Source: a virus (Duplodnaviria; Caudoviricetes). Taken from it: a stretch of DNA of 64,000 nt. Shown piece by piece: positions 34,601 through 43,762 of this stretch (its first letter is position 1; each line of letters starts with the position of its first letter). Where the stretch lies: the IMG/VR virus record IMGVR_UViG_3300042558_004043; one strand, 5' to 3'. The notes below the pieces were generated by a model. That model did no database searches. It was given only the letters and a program-made list of their open reading frames with translations, and had not been told where the DNA came from. The translations under genes were made by a program, and so were the position numbers.

Positions 34601-37600
34601 ATTTCCTAACTGTGGGTCTTTTTGTTAATGGAGTATTATACGACTCATTTACTTATGGACCTTCAACCGCTTTAGTTAATTTTGAAACTGAAAGTATATT
34701 TGAAAACGTTCAATTAAATATTAATGATGCAGTAAGAATACGAGTTGCTAGAACTGTAAATGGTTCTACAACTGGAACATTTACAATATTGGCAGGAATC
34801 GATAGTTCTAATGGAAACAATTTATTTGAATTAACCAATGTTAACAGTGGTTTAAGTAACGAACTATCTCCAACAAGTGTAACAACAATAAGTGTAGATG
34901 GGTGGTGCGGAAAATTAACCGATGACTCCAATTCTCATTGGGTTTGTGGAGACGATTTCAGTTGGGTTGAGGGATGTTCCCCAATAGCGGTTTGTCAAGA
35001 AAATAACGTAGTTGCTAACCCACAATTTTTAGTTCAAGGAATACCGAATACAACCATACCTTCATGGGAGTCAGTTAATGGAGTCGGACAAACTTCAACA
35101 CTATGGCAGACAGTTGGTAATAATAGTACATTTGGCTCGGCCGCGCTATATACGGGAGGTGATTTAAATAATTATCTTCAACAAAACTGCTTGGTTATTG
35201 GGGCAACCTATGAAATTTCTTTTGACTTATCACTTCCTGTATTTTTTACCGATTTTGGTGGCACTTGTACTGTATTTCCTGGGCAAAGATGGGTTAGAGT
35301 TTTTGCAGGTTCTAATGGGTCTGAATTTTTTACTCCAACTAGTACATTTGGTTCCGGAGGATACCAAAGATTTACCACTACATTAGTAGCAACAAGTACA
35401 CTACTAAGATTTCAGGCACATGAAGATTGTGTTGCTAATATACCAATTTCTATTAGTAATATTTGTGCAATCCAAACCGAACCAGCCCCTGATTGTACTT
35501 GTTACGAAGTACGTCACACAAACGCAGGACTAAATCCTCCTCAGAGTACTTGGTTCTTATTTTCTTGGAGAGATTGTAGTGGTAGTCCACATAGTTCTTT
35601 TGTTGGCCAAAATCCTTTATTCCCTTGTATTCTAAATGATAATTTTAGTTTTGTTGACCAACCAGGGATAGGTACTAATGAACAATATGCTTATGTTGAG
35701 GATACCAATGAATTTTGCGGTCTTTCAAATTCTCAGTATTGTATTGAACCCACTGTTTTTCCTTGTACATGTTTTGAACTTAAAATAGGTAATAATCTAA
35801 CTGTCGAATTTTTAGATTGTGATGGTAATTATAGATTTATTACGAATAATTACGGTCCGTCGGTTACTGTTCAAGGAACTGTATGTATGACTTCTATCAT
35901 AAATACATCATCTCAAAGTAGTATTACAGACAGAGGTCCATGTACAGCAAATAACGCATATTGTTTAGCTCGTCTTTTACCTGACCCATTACCTCCGATT
36001 GAAGGTTGTATAGTAATGTTAAATTCATCTACAGACGAATTTGATATATTCTTATATGACACCAATCAAGGTAGTTTAATACCAATTTCACTACAAGGTC
36101 CATACATATTTAATAATGCGGATTCAAGTGGGGATACCTATACCGACATAGCAATTTCAAGAACATCTCAGAGAGTTTATTTCAAAACAAATGGTACCTA
36201 TCAAACAAATCAAGTTGGACCATATCCCGCCAGTTATATTGGGTATTTTACTATTAATTTCCAAACCGGAACTTACGTATCAGGGGCAACAATTAATGTA
36301 ACCCCTGATTTACCTTTCCAAGACCCGTATGATTTTTTTACGGTTAACCATGGATTAGAAGTTGATTTGGACGGATTCCATGTTTTTGTAAGCTCAATGA
36401 ACTATTCTGAACTTGATGATGTACAATCAATTCTAAGATGTGAAATTATTGACTCTGGTCAGGATACTATCCTTACCCAAGTATGTCCTTGTGAGAGATT
36501 ATTTGATTTATTACCAGGAAGAAGAGTTCAAGGGGATATGTGTAGAACTACTGATAATAAATTATTTATTACAACAACAGATGGTGAACGTGTATTCATT
36601 GAACAATGGCATACCGATGGAACACCTGAGGGGTCTCTTTTCGAGTTTGAAATTGTAACAGGTTTAAGCGCCGACGGAGATAATCAAATAGATTTATATA
36701 TATTAGACGGTTCGTTATTTTGTATAGATAATAATCAATTTAATATACCTGTTTATAAAGTAATTAGTGATTATCCTTATGGATTAGAGCCGGTTGATAG
36801 TATAACTAATCTTACCAATTATGCTACATATGGTGGATTATTTAACGGAGCTGCCACATTCCCTGAGTGTAATTCATTTAGTTTTATTTATCCTGACCCA
36901 AGATGTAGACCATTACTTTTATTTTCAGGGTTAAGTAATACCTTTTTTGTATCCAGATTCAACTTCTTACCATTCCAACCTATAAGCACTTTAAATTTAG
37001 GAACTCACCCCGTACCTACTGTAGGACCCAATGAAATTGCCCATACATTTGACTATGAAACAAATACAGGTTTATTATGGATTCTATTTAACACACAATC
37101 ATCAATTTGGGTAACAACAATATGGGAATTTACTTTAAACGGTACAACATTACCTAATGGTGAAATAGATTTTATTGGTACTTATAACAGACAAATTACT
37201 TTGACGCAGACCAATCAAGCAATTACGAGTCTTCGTTTCTTTGCCGGATTAGCGGCAATTGATGATAATACTTTAATAATTGGTACCCGCAATGGATATG
37301 GGACAAGTAGCGCAGCTCTTAGGTCCAGAATTGTACAACTTAATTTAACACCTGGTAATGTGAATTTGAATTTAACTTTTAACGCAAATACAACTACTAT
37401 GTTTACATTACCTACAGCAGGGTCTCCAGGGTACACTTTACCGAGAAATGCAATTATTCAATCAATGGATTATGCTGTAGATAATAAATTAATTGTAATT
37501 GTGAGAAGTGGATTACCTGAAAGCAGTAATATAAATTTAACAAGAGTCATTTTACAATACCCATACGCAATAGATGCACAATATGAATATATCAATACTA

Positions 37601-40600
37601 TATTAGACGCCGAAGGAAATGGCAACGCCACTAGTGATAATGTACAACAAATTGGAGTTGTTAACTATAATAATTTTATTTTTGTACATAGAAATCAGAA
37701 TATTGGGGCTAACCAGAATTGGGGCGGTTATATACTCAATAATGAGCCAAACTATGGTATTTCTGGTTATTTGGACATACCTCAAACTCAATATACTTTA
37801 TCACCACTTTTTAATACTGCTTTAAGAGCGTCCTCAACAATTAATGTAACTGTACCTAGCCAAATTCAATGTGAATTAACTAGATTTGTACCAAATATAG
37901 CGCCGGTCATTCCTACTTTAAGTAATTGCCCTGTATTTTTGAATTCTTCAGGATTGGAGGGTCTTTGGAATTATAACGTCACAAATAATACACATAACTT
38001 TATTTTATTACCTCAGCTTGGAGATGTTGCGGAAACTATCTATAGCTATAGAGATGTTGCGGTTTGTAATACTAATAATAGATTATATGTTTTACAAACA
38101 TTAAGTGATTTACCTCAACCCAATCCATCATCTCCATGGGACAATAATTTAATATGGTGGAATGTTGATTTTGAGACCGGACAGTTAATTGATGGTCCGT
38201 TCCTAATACAACTACCTTCACCAGTAACATTTGGAGCTCTTAGACTTAGCGAAGGATTAGAAGTTAGCCCTAACGGTAATTTAATATACCTATCTACAGT
38301 TCCAATCCCCGGAGAACCTCAAACTCCAAGAGTACTAATTTACGATGTTTTCAACACTAGCCAATTCAACTACTATACAGAATTGATAAGCTTTACAAAT
38401 GGAAGAAGAGTTAAAGGTGATTTTATAAGAACTAATAATGATAAATTATTTATTTCAACAACTGACGGAACAACTATATACATAGAACAATGGACTTGTG
38501 ACGATAGTCCAGAGGGCACTATTTTTGACAATGAAATTGAATTTGGTCCTGATGTTTATGAATCTTTGGATATTTTCTTAAGTTTAAATGAAGGAGTTAG
38601 TGAATTTTATGTAGTTGCTAGTCAAAATAGTACATCTTCAGTTTTTAAAATTGATGTTGATTTAACAATAACTCAATCGTGGAATAACACTAATTTACAA
38701 ACAATTAATGGGGCGGCATCTTATCCATCATGTCACTCATTTGAATTTGAATTCCCTGACCCAAGATGTAGACCGTTAATATTATTTTCAGGTAATAATC
38801 AATTTGTCGCAATTAGATGGGATGGAGAAACAGAGGACCCGCAACAAGTTTTAGACTTAGGAAATACATATCCGGCACCTGGAAATTCTGTACAGAGAAG
38901 TATGTCAATTACTCACATTTTTGATTTCAATTTTAACACAGGTTGGATGTGGATTAGTCGTAGACCAACCCCCGCAATTACTAATGTTAATTTTCAAATA
39001 TACGAATGGAGTATTGATGATGAAGATTTTAATTTAACTTTTAATAGAGTAATTAACGTTTCTGCATCAGGTACTACTTTTAGACACAACCTTGGAATTG
39101 CTTCATTAGACAGAAATACCTTGATAATTGAAACTTGGTCAGGTGGTACTGGCCCCTATAATAATCAGCAGAATTACCGTGAGTTTATTGGTCAGTTGGA
39201 TATTACTCCGGCATTAGGTAATAACTTATCTTTGGTGAATAATATGACATTAATGTTCAGATTACCGGCACAAGGAGATTCGATATATACCGGAACACGC
39301 TCAACTGTTATTTATAGTAATTTTTATTTAGGTCCTGATAATAAATTAGTAATATTTGCTAGAGATTCTACCAATTTGTCTCAGACGGGTATAAAATATC
39401 TTTTACAATATGAGTACGTCCAAAGTACAAATCCTAACTTTTTTGCATTCCCTGAAGTATATTTCCCATATCCTGACCCTCAGAATCCGGGAAATGGTGT
39501 TACAAATTTTATTGCAACATTCTTAGACGAAATAAGGTCAATAAGATTAACAAATAATGCTCCTGGTTTTGGAAATGCTTTCAGTCAACTTTTATTTAGT
39601 CCAACTAATTACCTTGTCACTGGCTCAAATATTGATGAATTTTGGACTCCCCCAAACGGACGAGGACCTTTTGGAGCGTCTTCAATAAACTCAAGTCCTG
39701 AAGCGATAGCCTTGTGTAATCCATTAACTTTTACACCAAATTTAATAGTAACAACTATATTACCTACTTGTCCTGTGTTTTTTGTCACAAGAGCCGATAA
39801 TAATGATTTAAATCCTAACAGGGTTTTTTATTATAATGTTAATGATAATGAGTCAATTGAAATTGAGTTACCAAATATACCTACTATTACAAATGATAGA
39901 TTTTGGGATATTGCCTATAATTCAGTAAGTCAAAGACTTTATTTATTACATGGTAGTAATCAAACAACTGATGTAAGATTAACATGGTGGAATGTTGATT
40001 TCATATCAGGATTTGTTATAACTCCAAACCCAACCTCAGTAACTCTACAAAATCCAGAACCACTTGTTAATGGAAACCCTGGACTATTTGCTGCGGCATT
40101 AGGGGTAAGTGAGGACGGACTCAATGTGTTTTTATCAACCAGACCTTCAAATTCTAACACATGGTCTATTAGAAGATTTGATACTGTGAGTCAGCAATTC
40201 ATAACTCCGGCTATTTTGACTTTACCCGTCGATGAAAGCCCAACGGATATTGCGGTTGTAAATAATAATAGAATGTTGATTGGTTATGGTGTAACTAATC
40301 CTACTAGATGGATGATTAAACAAATTTATTTGGATGGTAGTTTTACTAACGCGGTGATTGAAGAAACTGTGACTATTTTTAATTTTCCTGAGTCAACCGA
40401 TTACGGTAGTGGAATTGATTTATTTTTAACCGACCAAAATAGATTGTACATTGCCGCGTCATATGCAAGTAATTCATCAAATGTGTCTGACATTTATGAA
40501 GTTGACATATATGGTAATACCACATCGGTTTATTCCGACACTGGTTTGGGTAGAGTGTCAGGTGCGGCCAGCTCTCCATCCTGTTCATCTTTCTCATTCC

Positions 40601-43600
40601 AATCACTGTGTAATCCTTTGATGTTATGGTTGGCGCCTACTAGTCAAACACATAGATTAAGAGTATCAAGATACGCATTAGGTCTTGGAGAACCTACTTT
40701 CTTAAATTTAGGTACTAGTTACAATCCTAATATTTTAGGATTAGGCTCTTTAGTTGAAACATTAGATATTGCACATTCATTTGATTTTATAACAAATACC
40801 GGATTTTTATGGATTAAGAAAGTCGCCAACACTAATGTTACGTATATAAATGAATGGACAATTAATGATGAATACTATAATTTAACTTGGAGTAGATTAA
40901 TCACACTTAATACTTCAAATAATAACGGAGTGATTTCAAGAATTGACCAAGGTATGGCGTATATCTCTCCAAACACACTTGCCATGGGAGCAATAGTAGG
41001 TGGAGGATGGGCCGGTTGTCCAACAGCGTCTTGTAGAGGGGTTATTTTACAAGTTAATATTACAAATAATAGCATTACGTTTACTAACTGTACTGTGATG
41101 TTTAATCTTCCGGTTGTTGGAAGTGTGAATTACAATGGAACTACTAACTTACTTGTTTGGTCAGGTATGTATTTTATGGATAATAGCCTGATTATCACCG
41201 CAAAATACGGTAGTACTTTAGTCTCAGCGTCACCAATGTATATTTTAGAATATCCATATGTGATTGGGGCTACACCATCGTTGATTCAAGAAATAGGTCC
41301 TAATTATACCCAACCCGCAGTTTCGCACTTCCCAATGACAATGGAAAATGGTGTTTATTTGATTAGAAATGAAAACACTAACTGGTCTGTATTTGAATAT
41401 GAAACTTCGTTCCCAAATGGTGTTTCTTCTGTCTACCAAGGATTAACATTCAATGGAGTTACTGGACCTCACGGAGTTTCTTCAATAAATTCAACCGCCG
41501 AATCTTTACAACTATGCGAACCTATAGCTTTAACTACTGATTTGTGTGAAGAATGTGGTTTTTATTTTGACATAATTGAAACCGGTAACATAGGTTACAT
41601 AGTAGCCGGCAACTTATTGTCGACATGTCAGGGTAATATTTCAGATTATGTTATTAATTGGTACGGACCAAATAGTACAACAGAAATTGCGTTTACCAGC
41701 GGTTTAGGAAATCAATTTATTTATGATTATCCTCATCCATTAACAGGTGAACAATCTCCAATTGTATTATCAGGGGAATATTTACCTGTGATTGATAGAA
41801 TCAACTTAGGTGGTGTTATTTATTCACAAGATGGGTCAAATGGTAGTATTGCCACAAACTTGTCTTGTTTTGAATCAATTGAAGTTACATGTGCTGATTG
41901 TTTAAATGGAAATTCTGATGACCCTATTTATTCATATGAATTTTCATTCGATGGTGCGATTGTAGGAACTCAAACACCACCGTTCCAAACTTGTTTGTCT
42001 CTACCATCTACAGTTAATCATATTGCTTGGGCATTCACAGGATTTGCGGCTTATGATAATATTAAGATTATATATAATGGAAATAACTACACACAACCAG
42101 TTATTTTAGCCAATTTTAACATAGGTAGTACCCTGATTCCAATGGGAACAATGTGGACAAATTACGAAATAGACGTTGCCGCCCCATCTTTTAGTAAAGT
42201 CACGTCATTAACTGGTTTATTAAGAAGTCCAGGGTTTGAAAATATTATTTTCCAAATTACCTCCCCATCAGGTGCGAGCAATTGGATTTTAAAATATGAT
42301 TGTATGGAAACATTTGATTGTGAAAATTGTCCTCAAAATCAGGAAATTGAAAACAAGTATAAAATTGATTCAAGTAGTATAAGTACAACCTCATATGATG
42401 GTAATAATCAACCTATAGATTTTTCAGCATCTTGTTATAGTAAAGTTGTTTTGGGTATAAAAGTGTGTGATGAAGACTGTTCTACAGTATCAATACCTCA
42501 GACACTTTTCAATTATTATCCATATGCGTTTTCGCCTTACACGGGTCCTAAAGGTTATGCGTTATGTAATTTTCCACCAAATGACACAGTTTTATTTGGA
42601 GGTAATGAACAATTAACTTTAGATGGTTTAAAAACCATACAATTAAATCCTGGAAATCAACCATATAATTGTCTTTCATTATCTCAAACTAGCACAATAT
42701 CTTATAACAAATATGTTGACGGTGATTATTGGATTATCGAGGTCACCTCAAACTCCAATATTCCAATCGATTATATGTACCAATCATACTTAAATGCGAT
42801 GAATGAAATCTCATATTGCGGATATATGGATTGTAATCAAGATTTTCCAGGTGTTGTTGGGCAGACTTGTCCATTTAGTGGAGGAACGTCAATCAATGGT
42901 ATACCATCATATTCTGACCCAACAGATTATAGATATTATAGAAGTATTGAATTTGGTATTCCTACCGCATCAGGTAATACTTTATGTGGGGAAATTCTTG
43001 GGGGAGATACTGGAGGTTCAACAGGTACTGTTGGCAATACTACCGACACGGCTTTAAAATTCCAAATCCACGTTTCAGCTGTAGTAACTACAGGAACAAT
43101 GGATGGTTTAGAGTTTTATTTAAAAATTGAGAACTATGGATTTTTAGAATCAAATACATTCACTTGTTCTACTTCACCTAATTTTGGTATTAATATCATT
43201 AATTTTATAAATAATTCATATTACAGTGACGATGTTCAATTTACTTCACAAACAGGAGCAATATTTGAATCACCATTCACTACCTCAAGACGTGTTTATC
43301 TAACGTCATGTAATCCACGGGTTTCTTATAATATAGCAGGTTTGTTTGATACTAATTTAATCAGTAATGCCACATTGCCATTCTATTCTCAAAATGAAAG
43401 TTTACCTGAATTTTCTTCAACAACTTGCACTAATTTTGTAGGAATGTTTAATACGTATTTCCCCAATATAGTTGATTACTATATGTATAAATATAGACTT
43501 GAGATTATAGATAGTAACACAGTAGATTTTAACATTTACGCTTATCCTATAGTTAATGGTATATGGCAAAACACACCAATTTTGATTCTTACCTACGTAA

Positions 43601-43641
43601 ATGGTGTGGTAACTTTTAGTGACCCAAACTATGTATATTGA
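31645..43641 (+). CDS. Giant (3998 aa) modular virion protein, likely tail fibre or adhesin: LamG-like, C1q-like and repeated beta-propeller-like units
   Basis: FTVEFW...WVHIAIVRN...YISNLRI (LamG); YNPTTGVYT.P..G.Y.F (C1q-like); three alternating A/B repeat pairs; no signal peptide; late motif at 31621. Confidence 0.8.
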   Translation: MDPFIYYYDFEDCFQLDLSGNPLTYVVGSNEELSLDAPYLIYPIEEPNSRSCAVYITASTSSAATHYTDVASKYVDCDLCLSANTQVVTVSGITKPDLSSLNLIADSRFKKGDVLGVNIVYDDSGTTKFINSPAIITETFPYKFGSKACDYSVSNIEYVGPFYTFIIHFNQPLNTNIYTINVAAPMGYYQIVTNTYTLNSESESLNIAPGYTSIPFNVPLQNPDTWVQTITFNVTFTCTDGTTTFNEVTFNFPCNCYTLNNSGATAQSVTYVSCVTTEFFTETYPVKTLKFVGTKKICAKRLINVGSNITYVDNTETEGVVCSNLTDQPFINEDIKCRNSSLFIRKSINSSIPVKVNYLPYDSFQQVVESKGVYYLVEDCVNGSTSVILSHQYFEKYGQIISLPTGESKCKKVLNAVTSGDYSEISGVTTEIFSTKVFENCYECSNYINNSGIDETFKDNSYTTSQINTITQLNDGSILVGGDGLVQVNNGSLYSAGNILKMSPEGELVLNFNSNNGGSLSLYNGNYIYTDFSEGFNFDSDFTVEFWLNYSSTNLENPSIISFYDSSNTQGWELSFTGLCQLNFTYNENVINFESQINIYQWVHIAIVRNSGDIFLYVNGKQDSIVTTGITDSITATTGTSFYIGTNYDKTTNLDAYISNLRICKIAVYTGEFTPQTTPLTITQSSYSNVSYLPTSATTLLMNFENLSSILFDNSIYSNVFYSYKPTISYLAFSPVNKTDLNEIYDGQPTNSFVQLDLPEGFTLNAYGTKISTVYLGTNSYLTFEQGSNSGDLILPEDIPSSISSSGLFISTVGDGLTTDNDTYIRKISTGYTENGESLIVRVEGGYKNFLGGGQGFCCRCITVTNQSQNVNYLNYTKCDNLSEEVTITVLPSNEYTFCAVWSANESPDLPSNPYFAEPLSFRAYRNVAQNLQIAQPNIWTDFTFNTESFDYYNGYNPTTGVYTSPGNGDYTFRARFVFVSQQNNNFLTVGLFVNGVLYDSFTYGPSTALVNFETESIFENVQLNINDAVRIRVARTVNGSTTGTFTILAGIDSSNGNNLFELTNVNSGLSNELSPTSVTTISVDGWCGKLTDDSNSHWVCGDDFSWVEGCSPIAVCQENNVVANPQFLVQGIPNTTIPSWESVNGVGQTSTLWQTVGNNSTFGSAALYTGGDLNNYLQQNCLVIGATYEISFDLSLPVFFTDFGGTCTVFPGQRWVRVFAGSNGSEFFTPTSTFGSGGYQRFTTTLVATSTLLRFQAHEDCVANIPISISNICAIQTEPAPDCTCYEVRHTNAGLNPPQSTWFLFSWRDCSGSPHSSFVGQNPLFPCILNDNFSFVDQPGIGTNEQYAYVEDTNEFCGLSNSQYCIEPTVFPCTCFELKIGNNLTVEFLDCDGNYRFITNNYGPSVTVQGTVCMTSIINTSSQSSITDRGPCTANNAYCLARLLPDPLPPIEGCIVMLNSSTDEFDIFLYDTNQGSLIPISLQGPYIFNNADSSGDTYTDIAISRTSQRVYFKTNGTYQTNQVGPYPASYIGYFTINFQTGTYVSGATINVTPDLPFQDPYDFFTVNHGLEVDLDGFHVFVSSMNYSELDDVQSILRCEIIDSGQDTILTQVCPCERLFDLLPGRRVQGDMCRTTDNKLFITTTDGERVFIEQWHTDGTPEGSLFEFEIVTGLSADGDNQIDLYILDGSLFCIDNNQFNIPVYKVISDYPYGLEPVDSITNLTNYATYGGLFNGAATFPECNSFSFIYPDPRCRPLLLFSGLSNTFFVSRFNFLPFQPISTLNLGTHPVPTVGPNEIAHTFDYETNTGLLWILFNTQSSIWVTTIWEFTLNGTTLPNGEIDFIGTYNRQITLTQTNQAITSLRFFAGLAAIDDNTLIIGTRNGYGTSSAALRSRIVQLNLTPGNVNLNLTFNANTTTMFTLPTAGSPGYTLPRNAIIQSMDYAVDNKLIVIVRSGLPESSNINLTRVILQYPYAIDAQYEYINTILDAEGNGNATSDNVQQIGVVNYNNFIFVHRNQNIGANQNWGGYILNNEPNYGISGYLDIPQTQYTLSPLFNTALRASSTINVTVPSQIQCELTRFVPNIAPVIPTLSNCPVFLNSSGLEGLWNYNVTNNTHNFILLPQLGDVAETIYSYRDVAVCNTNNRLYVLQTLSDLPQPNPSSPWDNNLIWWNVDFETGQLIDGPFLIQLPSPVTFGALRLSEGLEVSPNGNLIYLSTVPIPGEPQTPRVLIYDVFNTSQFNYYTELISFTNGRRVKGDFIRTNNDKLFISTTDGTTIYIEQWTCDDSPEGTIFDNEIEFGPDVYESLDIFLSLNEGVSEFYVVASQNSTSSVFKIDVDLTITQSWNNTNLQTINGAASYPSCHSFEFEFPDPRCRPLILFSGNNQFVAIRWDGETEDPQQVLDLGNTYPAPGNSVQRSMSITHIFDFNFNTGWMWISRRPTPAITNVNFQIYEWSIDDEDFNLTFNRVINVSASGTTFRHNLGIASLDRNTLIIETWSGGTGPYNNQQNYREFIGQLDITPALGNNLSLVNNMTLMFRLPAQGDSIYTGTRSTVIYSNFYLGPDNKLVIFARDSTNLSQTGIKYLLQYEYVQSTNPNFFAFPEVYFPYPDPQNPGNGVTNFIATFLDEIRSIRLTNNAPGFGNAFSQLLFSPTNYLVTGSNIDEFWTPPNGRGPFGASSINSSPEAIALCNPLTFTPNLIVTTILPTCPVFFVTRADNNDLNPNRVFYYNVNDNESIEIELPNIPTITNDRFWDIAYNSVSQRLYLLHGSNQTTDVRLTWWNVDFISGFVITPNPTSVTLQNPEPLVNGNPGLFAAALGVSEDGLNVFLSTRPSNSNTWSIRRFDTVSQQFITPAILTLPVDESPTDIAVVNNNRMLIGYGVTNPTRWMIKQIYLDGSFTNAVIEETVTIFNFPESTDYGSGIDLFLTDQNRLYIAASYASNSSNVSDIYEVDIYGNTTSVYSDTGLGRVSGAASSPSCSSFSFQSLCNPLMLWLAPTSQTHRLRVSRYALGLGEPTFLNLGTSYNPNILGLGSLVETLDIAHSFDFITNTGFLWIKKVANTNVTYINEWTINDEYYNLTWSRLITLNTSNNNGVISRIDQGMAYISPNTLAMGAIVGGGWAGCPTASCRGVILQVNITNNSITFTNCTVMFNLPVVGSVNYNGTTNLLVWSGMYFMDNSLIITAKYGSTLVSASPMYILEYPYVIGATPSLIQEIGPNYTQPAVSHFPMTMENGVYLIRNENTNWSVFEYETSFPNGVSSVYQGLTFNGVTGPHGVSSINSTAESLQLCEPIALTTDLCEECGFYFDIIETGNIGYIVAGNLLSTCQGNISDYVINWYGPNSTTEIAFTSGLGNQFIYDYPHPLTGEQSPIVLSGEYLPVIDRINLGGVIYSQDGSNGSIATNLSCFESIEVTCADCLNGNSDDPIYSYEFSFDGAIVGTQTPPFQTCLSLPSTVNHIAWAFTGFAAYDNIKIIYNGNNYTQPVILANFNIGSTLIPMGTMWTNYEIDVAAPSFSKVTSLTGLLRSPGFENIIFQITSPSGASNWILKYDCMETFDCENCPQNQEIENKYKIDSSSISTTSYDGNNQPIDFSASCYSKVVLGIKVCDEDCSTVSIPQTLFNYYPYAFSPYTGPKGYALCNFPPNDTVLFGGNEQLTLDGLKTIQLNPGNQPYNCLSLSQTSTISYNKYVDGDYWIIEVTSNSNIPIDYMYQSYLNAMNEISYCGYMDCNQDFPGVVGQTCPFSGGTSINGIPSYSDPTDYRYYRSIEFGIPTASGNTLCGEILGGDTGGSTGTVGNTTDTALKFQIHVSAVVTTGTMDGLEFYLKIENYGFLESNTFTCSTSPNFGINIINFINNSYYSDDVQFTSQTGAIFESPFTTSRRVYLTSCNPRVSYNIAGLFDTNLISNATLPFYSQNESLPEFSSTTCTNFVGMFNTYFPNIVDYYMYKYRLEIIDSNTVDFNIYAYPIVNGIWQNTPILILTYVNGVVTFSDPNYVY
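36001..41520 (+). repeat. Internal (A-B)x3 protein repeats of about 280-330 aa each
   Basis: A units end NGAA(T/S)(F/Y)P.C.SF.F; B units start CRPL.LFSG and contain (I)AH.FD...TG..W. Confidence 0.75.
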
Positions 43642-43663
43642 TATTACAAAAAAATAATTATTA

Positions 43664-43691
43664 AAAAAGGAGGTTATTTAACCTCCTTTTT
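43664..43691. terminator. Intrinsic terminator
   Basis: AAAAAGGAGGTTA-TT-TAACCTCCTTTTT. Confidence 0.85.
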
Positions 43692-43762
43692 AATTTATTG
43701 ATATTTATATAAAAACTATAAATAATTGTATTTAGAATACACTATTAAAAAAATATAAGTAA

